A program made the translations under genes and the position numbers. This document shows positions 27,259 through 39,644 of a DNA stretch of 64,000 nt, piece after piece (the first letter of the stretch is position 1; each line of letters begins with the position of its first letter). The notes under the pieces are model-generated. The model saw only the letters and a list, made by a program, of their open reading frames with translations. It did no database searches and was not told where the DNA came from. The stretch comes from Octopus vulgaris (lineage: Eukaryota): contig OX597816.1 in assembly GCA_951406725.2 (NCBI GenBank), positions 165,726,001-165,790,000 on the forward strand, in the 5' to 3' direction.

Positions 27259-28011
27259 ACGTCTATCTCTATCTCTTTCTTTCTCTCTCCTCTCTCTATG
27301 GAAAAATACAGTTGGATGATACAAAAAGGGACATGAAAAAACAAGAACGGGTCATTCGGAGCTTTCTTTCGTCAGTCGAGTTCCAGATTATCTTTGCAGT
27401 TTCGGCTCGCCGTCTACTCGTGACCGAGGATGGCCATAGATGACGTTCAAGAACGTTGTGCGCTCTAGGACTTACTTATATCTTGCATTTGCGGCTCCGT
27501 TGGTGGATAATGAACCCTGCTCTTGATAAGCATATACGACTGCAAGCAATGCAGACCAAGCTTTCCTCATTCACTACACCAGCAGTGCACTTTCAAGCAG
27601 CACGCTTAATTTCTACATACATACATACATACATACAAACATACATACATACATACATACATACATACATACATACATACATACATACATACATACATAC
27701 ATGCATGTGTATGTATGTATGTGTATGTGCACGCAGCGCTTGATTACTATTGGTATCATGTGACTCAGTACAACTTGTTGTATGGTTGGGCCGTGGGTGA
27801 CTAGAGACCACCAAGCTTGATTGGTGACTAGGACGGTTTTTGGACATTGCGGGATAAGACCTGTCAAAGGACGCATGGACTCAGAGAATCAACTGGCCAC
27901 AAAGATCCACATTAGGGATTACATAATCCAAAAAATTTCACTGGTTAATCACTTTCATATAAGGGGAAAGTTTCGACGATATGTTTATTATAGTAATACA
28001 TATTATTAATA

Positions 28012-28720
28012 TTGAATATATTATTATACGAGGAAATAGGGAATATTTTCGAACACGACTTCAGAGAAGACATCAAGAAACTCCAAAAAGAAAAACAAAG
28101 AAAAAATCATCCCATTCATAAATACACACAACCCTGGAGTTACCAACAAGTTTCAAATTATACAATCAAACTTACCAATCGTCCTACAAAGTCCCAAAAT
28201 GGGAATCCTATTAAACAAATACTGCATAAGAAACAGTAAACGCTTAGAGAAAAACCTAAAAAAACAACTGACAAGAGCAAAATTCTCATCAGAGAATGAA
28301 ACCGAATTCTTTGTGAAATAATGTGGAGATAGTAGATGTGGGATCTGCAGTAACCCCATCTACAAATATATAGAGAAAAACAACCAAATAAAATTTAAGT
28401 GTGGACACACATTCAAAGCAAATGCAAACATGAATTGCAAGACACAAAACTTAATATATTGCATAACCTGTCCCACATGCAAGGAGAACTATATAGGTGA
28501 AACTGGCAATTCTTTATGCCAACGAGCCAGAATTCACCGACAACATATTCAACAGGGAGAGCTACAAAAAAAATCCACTAAGTAAACACTTAGAGACATG
28601 TGGAGAAGAAAGATTCAAGATCCTTCCCTTCTATAAATGCCCAAGGAATGACACTTTCAGAAAAATATGGAACAACACTTCATAGCAAAATTCTCTCCTT
28701 AACTGAATGGCTTAAAATAT
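28012..28720 (+). pseudogene. Penelope-like element C-terminus: Cys-rich linker plus GIY-YIG endonuclease (Neptune-like), disrupted
   Basis: Manual translation from 28301: K*CGDSRCGICS...MNCKTQNLIYCITCPTCKENYIGETGNSLCQRARIHRQHI; after a frameshift, PLSKHLETC. Confidence 0.9.
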
Positions 28721-29449
28721 GAAAATCACATCAACTTCCTTATAAACCCAACTGGAACCCTAAGATATATGCATATGCATATGTGTGTATGTATATACAT
28801 AAATAGAAACATTCTTGCATCCAGATTTTCCAACCCATACCAGCATGGGAATCAAGCATTGGACAATGATCATGATGATAATGATGATGATGATGATGAT
28901 GATGATAAGTCCAAACAATTTTTTGAAAAATAACATTCATTATCCCTCATCAAAACAGACCCTCCCCCCCCCCCTTAGAGTAATCACCTGGTCTTGCCAT
29001 TTTTACAGACTAAGAATCAACTTGTCATCTATTGAAAGAACTGACCCACTATATAGATATAAACACATTTTTCTTCTTTCTTTCCTTCTCTTTTCCATTG
29101 ACATTAAAAAAAAAACACATTTTTTCACTTTGAAAACATTTTTCTTTCAGACCCCTGGTGAGCTGGCTGAACCAAAGTTATTAAATCTGTTCTAGCCACC
29201 TACTTGAAAATATATATTCTTTTCCTTTTCTTTTTGTCTCTTGTTCAAAATGCTTCCTTTCAGATACACAGGTACACATACACACGCACACTCAAACACA
29301 CACTCTCACTTTCTCCTTACACTCTCTTCCCATTCCTCTCCCTCTTTTCCTACCTTATATACTCCAAATTACTCTTCTTTCCTCCCTCTTTTTCTCCACC
29401 CCAACCCATTCACTAATACTATAGAAAGAGAAAAATCCCTTCACAAAAT

Positions 29450-29495
29450 TTAAATCTGAAGAATCTATTAGAGTAGATGAAAGCACTTATATGTG
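29450..29495 (+). ncRNA. Hammerhead-like motif in the 3' region of the Penelope remnant
   Basis: CTGAAGA-ATCTA ttagag TAGAT-GAAA-gcac-TT; stems I/III degenerate. Confidence 0.55.
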
Positions 29496-29571
29496 ATTTG
29501 TGAAAATATGTGATTTATTAATAAATGTTTGTATATGTACAATCATGCAGATATCTGAGTACCTTATTTTT

Positions 29572-29637
<66 letters not shown>

Positions 29638-30984
29638 TTCTCCTACAAGTCTGCCTTGGACTCTGAGCCACGGTGAAGGCAACTAACCTAGAAGTTGGAG
29701 AACTCTAATAAGAAAAGCCTGGGGTGTGTATATGCTTTCCATTGAGTTTGTGGCGAAGATTTGCTCCAATTTTCTGCAACCAACACCGCCAAAATATGCG
29801 ACTGATCCTAAACAAACTTTCACAACTGAAAACAAGTCTTCTGTGTGGGTAGTCTAACAGCTATCTTGGTTATTGGACGAGAAAATCCGGTATAATATAT
29901 TAAGTAATATTATAAATCTAGTCTCATGACAGCCAATTCCCGTTACCGAAAGATTTCATGTTAAAGAGCTTGCCAATTGTGGAAAGGTAAGGTGATAACA
30001 GAATCAGGGATTATCTAGTGTGAGAAAAACTAATTTATTCGGATGTGTATATTTTAAACATAATAGATTACGATACAGCAATCTCCCATTTCTCCAAGTG
30101 TCCTGATGAAGAGGTTCTAACTCCAAAATATCGAAGAAATCCGAGGCAAAACATTAACTTTTATTCTATTTTCACGTATGCATTTCATTCGTTTTACATT
30201 GTTTCGGCTTTTCAGCAAGTTTTAATCTAATTCAACATCACACAGTGTTTCGCCCGAACAACTCTGTATTAATATTTATTAGTAGCTAGGTTTTTAGTAC
30301 TCCGTGAACGAAATAGACCAACGCGAACTGACCTTGTTGTTGGCTACAATCAATAACAAGGTAAGCAGTGTTACTACCATAGCCGTTTTAATAAATTACA
30401 GCAAAGCAACCAATGAGATAAGATTGCAATTGTCCGAGATATGTATAAGTTTGAGATATGTATGTCTGTGTGTGTGAGAGAGAGGGAGAGTGAGAGAGAG
30501 AGAGAATGAGAGAGAGGATATGTGTGTATGCGTGAACGAGTGTACTCATGCGTACGTGTATGTGTGCGCATGCGTATGTAGTTGTGGAGTGGGGCAGAAA
30601 TTCATGATTCTCAATAGTACTAACAAGCAGTATTACGCAGTATTAGTCGAGATTTAACGTGTAGCTGCACTTGTTGCACTTACACAACGAAGACCGTGCT
30701 TATCACGTCTTTTATCAAGACATTGTGTATCTAAGCTTATACTTTCTGCCGTCTGTATTTCTTTTCGAAAATAATATAAGAATAAGGTGTGGTTTTAGAG
30801 GTATTTCGGTGCTCTTTTAACGAGTCAAGAGACACATTATGTGGAGTTCTCACCAAGTTCAACTTTACCATTTATCCAAGCTCAATAAGTACCAGTCATA
30901 TACTGGGCTTGATTAATTAGATTCGATTACACCGCCTGAATGTGTGCCCGCATGCATTTTTATTGTTGTTTCAAACATTAGACC

Positions 30985-31265
30985 GTGGCCATGCTGGGGC
31001 ACCGCCTTGAAGAATTTTAAGTTAAATGTAATCGATCGCAGTACTTAATTTTGTAAAAAAAAAAAAGGCCTGATACTTACTCCATCGCTCTCTTTTTGTC
31101 TAACTGTTAAGTTACAGAGACGTCAACACACCAACACTAATTCTCAAGTGGTGGTGGGAGACAAACACAGACACAAACACACATATGCACGCACACACAA
31201 GGGGGTTCTTTCAGTTTCTATCTACAAAATCCCCAGGCAAAGCTTTGGTCGGCCTGACGGTATAA
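30985..31265 (-). mobile_element. Diverged SINE family A
   Basis: ggccatgctggggcaccgcc...ttctttcagtttc. Confidence 0.75.
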
Positions 31266-31277
31266 TATTTATATGTA

Positions 31278-31795
31278 TCATCATCATCATCATCATCGTT
31301 TAACGTCCGTTCTCCATGCTAGCATGGGTTGGACGGTTCGACCGGGGATCTGGGAAGCCAGAAGGCTGCACCAGGCTCCGGTATTATCTGGCAATGTTTC
31401 TACAGCTGGATGCCCTTCCTAACGCCAACCACTCCGTGAGTGTAGTGGGTGCTTTTTACGTGCCACCTGTACTGGTGCCAGGCGAGGCTGGCATCGGCCA
31501 CGGTCGGATTGGTGCATTTTACGTGCCACCTGCACGGAAGCCAGTCGAGGCGGCACTGGCTTCGGCCACGATTCGGATGGTGCTTTTTACGTATCTCTAG
31601 TCCAGGGCGATTCCGATTTCACTTGCCCCAACAGGTCTTCGCAAGCAAAGTGGGGTTGGCATAGGTGCCTGTCGTCGGATGAGGTTCGATATCGACTTCG
31701 CTTGCCTCAACAGGTCTTTGTGTGTCCAAGGGAGGAAAGGCATGCATAAGTGGGCTGGACTTGTCCTGCCTGGTCTTTTCACGCACAGCATATTT
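31278..31795 (-). mobile_element. 3' end/UTR of the RTE LINE (5'-truncated copy)
   Basis: Reverse complement of 41700-42290, with (CAT)n tail. Confidence 0.85.
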
Positions 31796-31796
31796 C

Positions 31797-31850
<54 letters not shown>

Positions 31851-31919
31851 GACACACACGTATGTATATGTATATTTACCTATCTATCTATCTATCTATA
31901 TATGTATATATACACATAT

Positions 31920-31976
<57 letters not shown>

Positions 31977-32229
31977 ATCTGTGTGTTTATATATGTGTGT
32001 GTATGTATGTATGTGTGTATGTATGTGTGTATGTATATATATATATACACCCATACAAATACACCCATACACATATAAACACATACATACACATACACAC
32101 ACTTTGCTTTCCATATATGTATAAGCCTGTATGTTTGTAGGTGTTCCGGTATGTATATGCATGTATATTTATCATGTATATTTATATATGTGTGCATGTG
32201 TATATGTATTTGTGTGTATGTGTATGTAT

Positions 32230-32465
32230 ATGGTACTTAATTTATCGACCCCAAAAGGATGAAAGGCAAAGTTGACCTTGGTGGAATTTGAACTCAGAAG
32301 GGTTTAAGTTGATTGCACTGACCCCAGTACTCAACTTAATTGGCCCTGGAAAGGATGAAAAGTAAAGTCAACCTCGGTGGAATTTGAACTCAGAACATAA
32401 AGTCAGGCAAAATGTCACTATGCATTTTACCCAGTCACCTAATGATTCTGCCAGCTCAGCACCTC
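32230..32465 (-). mobile_element. Meta-type SINE fragments
   Basis: gaaaggatgaaaggcaaagt..acct.ggtggaatttgaactcagaa occurs twice. Confidence 0.8.
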
Positions 32466-33867
32466 TCCCCTATCTAATATATTAATATAGAGTTGGAGTA
32501 ATGTGAAGGTTCCAAGTAATACCTGAGATATAACACTAATAGCTCCTTTGTTGTCAGCATCATATCACAGCCACTGCTCCAACAGGATGGGTCTCAGATG
32601 CTGTTTCAATTCCATGCTAAAGATATTTCGCCTATCTTAAAAGTGAAGGCTCATAGCCTAGTGGTCAGGGCATTTAGCTCAAGATCATAAGGTCATTAGA
32701 TCAATTTCTGGACTTGATAGTGCATTGTATCCTTAAGCAAGGCACTTCATTTCTAGATGGCCCAATCTACTCAGCTGTAAATGAGTGCCAGCTGGGTTCT
32801 GGTGTAGTTCTTTCTCTCTCTGGCTGTCGCATCCTAGATGTGCCACTCACTCAAGAGCAAGGGAACCAAAAGTGTGTCTATCCTCATAACTACATTGGTA
32901 CTTAAAGCATTTAGCAAAAACAGGGTACATGGTACCAAGCCATATTCATTCATGAGTGTTTGTTGGCTGTACCACATTAATAACATCATTTGAGTGTGAC
33001 CGATGCCAGTACCCATTTGAATGTGACCGATACCAGTGCTACCTGACTGGCACCCTTGCCAGTGGCATGTAAAAAGCACCATTCAAGCATGGCTAATGCT
33101 TAAGTAACAGTTAAATTAAGTAACAGTTGTGTACTGGGATCGATCTAATTGACTGGCCTCCTCCCCTAAAATTTCGGACCTTGTGCCTAGAGTAGAAAAG
33201 AATATCTGATTTGAGTTCGCCGAGGTCGACTTTGCCTTTCATCCTTTCGGGGTTGATAAATTAAGTACCAGTTGCATACTGGGGTTGATCTAATCGACTG
33301 GCCTGTTCCCCCAAAATTTCAGATCTTGGACCTAGAATAGAGAAGAATATCTGATTTGAGTGAGAATTGGCCACTATTTCTAACAGATTTTCTCATACTC
33401 ATGCTTTGAGATATTCTTCAATGGTTGAAGAATATCCCAAAATTCAATAATTGCGTTTATTGAAATTGAAAAATGAGGAAATGTATCACAAACATGGCAA
33501 CTCAGGAACTTGCTTTCCACTCTTTTTTCCTTAAAACCTCTTCAATATCAATTTGCCTTAGACCACCCTTGATTTTATTATATTAACTTCCTGTTTAAAT
33601 TTCCCATCAAAATTTCATGTTAATTTATGTTCCAAATACCAACTTAATAATGGCAAAATTTTTTCCACTAAATTCTTCATTATTTTCAAAATTAATTTAA
33701 ACAGAAGCAATGTACTTCAATAGAAATATCATTACAAAAGATTTAAGATTATCTAAAAACATTCCATAAAAATTTATTAATTTATGTTCCAAACACCAGC
33801 TAAATAATGAGAAAGTTATTTTACTAAATTCTTTAATATTTTCAAAATAAATTGAAACACTCCTATA

Positions 33868-34280
33868 GGCGCAGGAGTGGCTGTGTGGTAAGTAGCTTGC
33901 TTACCAACCACATGGTTCTGTGTTCAGTCCCACTGTGTAGCATCTTGGGCAAGTGTCTTCTACTATAGCTTCGGGCTGACCAAAGCCTTGTGAGTGGATT
34001 TGGTAGACGGAAACTGAAAGAAACCCGTCGTATATATGTATATATATATGTGTGTGTGTGTGCATGTTTGTGTGTCTGTGTTTGTACCCCTAGCATTGCT
34101 TGACAACCGATGCTGGTGTGTTTACGTCGCCGTCACTTAGCAGTTCGGCAAAAGAGACCGATAGAATAAGTACTGGGCTTACAAAGAATAAGTCCCGGGG
34201 CCGATTTGCTCGACTAAAGGCGGTGCTCCAGCATGGCCGCAGTCAAAGGACTGAAACAAGTAAAAGAGTAAAGAGTAAAG
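33868..34280 (+). mobile_element. Full-length SINE family A inserted in an AT-rich repeat
   Basis: Near-identical to 10950-11369; flanks share ttaatttatgttccaaacaccagc. Confidence 0.9.
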
Positions 34281-35112
34281 ACAGGGTATTTTTACATGAC
34301 TGTGGTAACAAAGGATGTAAAGTGGTCTAAATTAAACCTTCTTTCAAAATTTGATGTTAATTTATGTTCCAAACACCAGCTAAATAATAGACGATACATG
34401 GAAAACAAGGATGAGCCATTCGAAATTTTCTTTCTTTAGTCAAGCACCAGATTATCATCGCAATTTTGGCTGATTATTCTTGAGATTGCTCCAATCTGGC
34501 CAACCCCAAGGAAAAACTAAGCTAAGCATTAGATTCCTTGGAAGAAAGCAGCGAATGTATACAAAAACAAGGACAGAAAAGCTAGACAAATATAAATACA
34601 TTAAAAGTGATAACAGGATATAACAACAGGTGTCTTTCGACTAAGGACGAATTGAATTAAGCTGGTGCATGTGGAAATGAAGCCTTACGGTAGAGATACA
34701 AAGATTTCACAAACACAGGGAAGAATATTGATGTTGTACGGACCACGGTCAGACCAAGAAAGAAAGAGCAAGCAGGCTTGGCCAATCGGTCACATGAGAA
34801 GAGAAGAGAGAGAAGTAGAAGCAGAGGGACAGGAGAATTAAGGAGGGGCAAGAAAAAATGATCTATAAATATGCATTTGTGTATTTGTGTGTACCCTTGA
34901 GCAGACGTCATGTGATAGTTGTAAATGAACGTCATCGTTACAGAAGTGAGGTTGTTTATTTTCAGTCCTTCATAAAAAAAAAAAAAATAAAAAAAACATG
35001 AGAGAATATTACCTTGCTCAGAAACAAGTGATGGTTTGCAACAGGAAGAGTATCCAGCTTCAGAAGATCTGTTTCAATATACACTATCTGGCCAATGGAA
35101 AAGTGGACATTA

Positions 35113-35184
35113 TAATGATGATGATGATGATGATGATGAAGATGATGATGATATTGATGATGATGATGATGATGATGATGATAT

Positions 35185-35218
<34 letters not shown>

Positions 35219-35263
35219 AAGGATTACAATGACCATGTCGATGATGACGACGATGATGATGAT
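35113..35263. repeat. (GAT)n microsatellite
   Basis: Read directly. Confidence 0.95.
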
Positions 35264-35597
35264 ACTTCACAAATAATTTTTTTTTTAATTTGGTATGGTG
35301 TAAGGAGCTATGTCTATGGCATTTGTAGGATTTTGGGGATTAAAACTAATCCAGATAATGAAATTAATAATGTAGATAATGAGGTTAATAAATAGTCCAG
35401 ATAATTAGCTGAATGTTTCATAAAATAATAAAGTTGCTGTTCAGAATAATTTTCTAATTCTGATGAAAGGAAATTAACCCAGGAAAGAAAATGACCAAAA
35501 AAAATCATAATTTTGGTTAGAAAAAATTTTAATGGAAGAAAAAGATGTTGCATTTCATTTAAATATCATAAATAATAATTAAGATAATTATAAAAAT

Positions 35598-35970
35598 AGG
35601 CACAGGCATGCTGTGTGGTTAAGAAGCTTGGTTTTCAGTCTTGTGGTTTCAGGTTCATTCCCACTGCACAGCACCTTGAACAAGCGTTTTCTATTATAGC
35701 CACTGACTGACTAATGCTTTATGAGTGAATTTGATAGATAGAGACTGTGTGGAAGCCTTTCATTTATGTACATGTCTATGGTCGTCCCCCTTCCCACCAC
35801 TACTTGATAACTGGAGTTGGTTTGTTTACATACCTGTAACTTAGTGGTTCATCAAATAAGTTCCAGACTTGAAAAATAAGTACTGGGGTGGGGTCAACTG
35901 TTCAGCTAAAACCCTTCAAGGTGGTGCTCCAGCATGACCACAGTCAAATGACTGAAAGAAGCAAAAGAAA
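35598..35970 (+). mobile_element. Diverged SINE family A
   Basis: ggcacaggcatgctgtgtggttaagaag head. Confidence 0.8.
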
Positions 35971-35980
35971 TATATTCAAA

Positions 35981-36052
<72 letters not shown>

Positions 36053-36054
<2 letters not shown>

Positions 36055-36268
36055 AGCAGTGAGCTGGCAGAATGGTTAGCATGCTGGGTGAAATGCCTAG
36101 CAGTATTTCATCTGTCTTTATGGTCTGAGTTCAAATTCTGCCAGGGTCGACTTTGCCTTTCATCCTTTCAGGGTCAATAAAATATGTACCAGTTGAGTCG
36201 TGGGGTAGATGTAATCGACTGGCCCCCTTCAACCCCAACTTTCGGACCTTGTGCCTATAGAAGAAAGG

Positions 36269-36270
<2 letters not shown>
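36053..36270 (+). mobile_element. Meta-type SINE between (TTA)n tracts
   Basis: Family consensus. Confidence 0.85.
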
Positions 36271-36324
<54 letters not shown>

Positions 36325-36344
36325 TACTATTATTATTATTACTA

Positions 36345-36385
<41 letters not shown>

Positions 36386-36411
36386 ATTATTATTATTATT
36401 ATTATTATTAT

Positions 36412-36984
36412 TTATGGGTTTTTCTTCTTCTTTCAAATTTGCTTCCATTTCTTGCTGAGTGTCGTCCCGACTCCTAGGGCAAAGAAACTCATAGTATACA
36501 TTGGTAGGCCATTAAACTAAACTCAATAGTTAGTTAATTTCTTTTTTTTTTTAAGTTAAATTAAAATACATGGGTAGTAATAGTTCTCACATCGACAATG
36601 CTCTTCTCAATACGTGTGATGTACCAGTTAAGACAATCTTTTGGACTTCTTGCAGGGATGGTAAGCCAGGGATCATTCTCATATAATTTTCGGTTCCCTT
36701 CTTGATCATTCCTAGTTCTCCTACGATCACTGGTATTGTAACCGCCTTGAGATGCCACATTTTCTCAATTTCAATGAGCAGGTCTTTATATTTTCTGAGC
36801 TTGTCAAACTCTTTCGCCGAGATATTATGATCACAGGGGATGCTCATGTCGTTCAATAAGCAAACTTTATTGTTTTGGTCTTTCACAACAATATCTGGTT
36901 TATTGGCTTTGATGGTTCGGTCTGTATGTACTGGAAAGTCCCACAGAATCGTTATATTTTCTCCTTCAGTTTTACATTTTCTCC

Positions 36985-36985
<1 letters not shown>
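36412..36985 (-). mobile_element. R4/Dong-type 3' end with intact REL reading frame, inside (TAA)n
   Basis: ILWDFPVHTDRTIKANKPDIVV...DMSIP...KEFDKLRKYKDL..EIEKMW...LQEVQKIVLTGTSHVLRRAL*; (TAA)n on both sides. Confidence 0.92.
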
Positions 36986-37059
<74 letters not shown>

Positions 37060-37070
37060 CATTATTATCA

Positions 37071-37140
<70 letters not shown>

Positions 37141-37143
37141 TAC

Positions 37144-37199
<56 letters not shown>

Positions 37200-37200
<1 letters not shown>

Positions 37201-37417
37201 GGCGGCAAGCTGGCAAAATCGTTAGAATGCCAGGTGAAATGCTTAGCAGTATTTTGTCTTCCATTACATTCTGAGTTCAAGTTCTGCCGAGGTCAACTTT
37301 GCCTTTCATCCTTTCAGGGTCGATAAAATTAGAACCAGTTATGCAATAGAGTCAATGTAATCGACTTAACCCCTTCCTCCAAATTTGAGGCCTTGTCCTT
37401 CGAGTAGAAAGGATTAT
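37200..37417 (+). mobile_element. Meta-type SINE
   Basis: Family consensus. Confidence 0.85.
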
Positions 37418-37920
37418 TTTAAGCCATGGTGGTAGAGTCCTCAGCCATCTCCTCTATAGGGTCCTACAAGAAACAACTATCAGTACACTTTCCAGCCAGA
37501 TTCCCAAGCACAATCAACTGATTCTGTAGAGGACCACTATTGTTGCTCTATTAAACCTTTCTATAAATCTTTCAAAATGAAGGATATTTGGAGGATATAC
37601 CTTAAATACTCATTTAAAGATTTGAAAATGTTAAGATAAACTAAAAACAAACACAATCAAACATTATTAATTGGACCTTAACAATGAAAAAGTAAAAAAT
37701 TCCCAGAATTCAAGTTTCGGAAATCTGCATGTTGATGCACTGGAATTACAAATATTATAAAATACGATAATAGCTTTGGATAATAATAAAACTGTAATGT
37801 CAAGCAAATAGAATTATGTAATGTTATAGCACTTAATGTTCTCCAGAGTAATTCTTAAATCATGTAATTATTAGAGGAGGAAAAATTAAAGAATAGTAGA
37901 AAAATGAGTGAGATGTCTTA

Positions 37921-37951
<31 letters not shown>

Positions 37952-38204
37952 ATACAGAGATTTCTGAAATGCAAATATCAAATACAAATTTAAGCAAAGT
38001 CAACTGCTCTGCAATTTAAGATTTGAATTTTAATCTCAAAATGACAGGTTTGTTTGTTCAGCAATGCTTCTGTTTCTTGGAACTGAAAGGCAATGGATAG
38101 ATTCAGAGAAATGAGACAAGCACTGAATGCATGAAAGAATTTTAAAGTCAAGAGAATGTGGCATATAAATATAAATACATACATATATGGTGGTGTCAGC
38201 TATA

Positions 38205-38249
<45 letters not shown>

Positions 38250-38505
38250 AGATAAGAAAATGGAGAAATACATCTAAATCAAATATCAATTACCAGATAA
38301 TACTCAATCACATACTTTATTAAACCACCACATAAGAGACTGTAGGGTTAAACATAAAAAAGCAGAACAAATCAGTGTACATAAAGGAATGTACATAAAA
38401 AAGTGTACATAAAAGAGTAATGTTGTATAATAAGTAGAATATATATAAAAAAGAGAATATAAAAAGAGAATATAAATATAAGTAAATATAAATATAGGTA
38501 TAGAT

Positions 38506-38638
38506 TACGTCTTACAGCTGTTTCGGCCATGTAGATAAGTATGTCTCATTTTACCAATATTAGCCTTTTATGGTAGGTCAATATATAGATATAAATGAGA
38601 CATTTACAAAAATATCATAAGGCCTCTTCAGAGATATA
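38506..38638 (-). ncRNA. Type-I hammerhead with canonical core and ~100-nt extended stem II
   Basis: Minus strand: TCT-CTGAAGA-GGCC...GGCC-GAAAC-AGCT-GTA-AGA; inner helix atgtctcattt/aaatgagacat. Confidence 0.8.
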
Positions 38639-39335
38639 CATATACATATGAGTGCATATACTCACACTCCTATACATATAAAAATATACATATACATAAT
38701 GATGTAAATAAATAATATAAATTAGTAAACATATATATGTTCCACATTCAATGTTTCAGTTTTTCAACTTAATATTGTGCTAATAAACATACACATATTA
38801 GTACCTAGATGCAAATATACATAGTCAATAGTACATTATATTACTTCCTACTAATTTCCAAAGTGTCCTTAAAGTTAGCATCATTATCGTTGTCAATACC
38901 ATTAATGCTACCATTATTATCATTCATAATATTATTAATAACGCTTACATTAGGATCCAAAGTGGCACATATGTATGTCCGGGTTCCAGTTAGTAATTTT
39001 CCTTATGACATAAATACACTATTGGATTTGAATTTAAATTATTATTGTCTTCCTCACGGTTGGTTCGCTGAGAGCCGCCCGTCCTCCACCACACCTCACA
39101 GGAAAAACATACACATCCACATCCAACCCTAAACCCACACGTCCACATAAAAACCCCCACACACATGCACACACACATGAATACACCCCAACACATCCCT
39201 ACACATTCACTAGATTGCAGAGTGTATGTCTGTCATCGCATGGCTTATAGACAAATCAGTACAGGCAGCAGTGTCTATACACTAACACACACACACATAT
39301 ATATATATATATATGTGTGTGTGTATGTGTGTGTG

Positions 39336-39610
39336 TCATCATCATCATCATCGTTTAACATCCGTTTTCCGCGCTAGCATGGGTTGGATGGTTCAACCGG
39401 GGTCTGGAAACCAGGAGGCTGTACCAAGCTCCAGTCTGATCTGGCAGTGTTTCTACAGCTGGATGCCCTTCCTAACGCCAACCACTCCATGAGTGTAGTG
39501 GGTGCTTTTTATGTGCCACCGGCACAGGTACCAGGGGAGGCTGGCATCGGCCACATACGGATGGTGCTTTTTATGTGCCACTGGCACAGGTGCCAGGGTA
39601 GGCTAGCACC
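39336..39610 (-). mobile_element. RTE LINE 3' tail copy
   Basis: Homologous to 31278-31560. Confidence 0.85.
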
Positions 39611-39644
39611 TGTGTATATATGTGTGTGTGTGTATATATATATC

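Noticed and set aside
30100-30150. Hammerhead at CTGATGA 30103
   Set aside because: No correctly placed GAAA or stems I/III; at best a decayed copy
35036-35395. Acidic poly-Asp protein
   Set aside because: (GAT)n microsatellite, probably a retroelement tail
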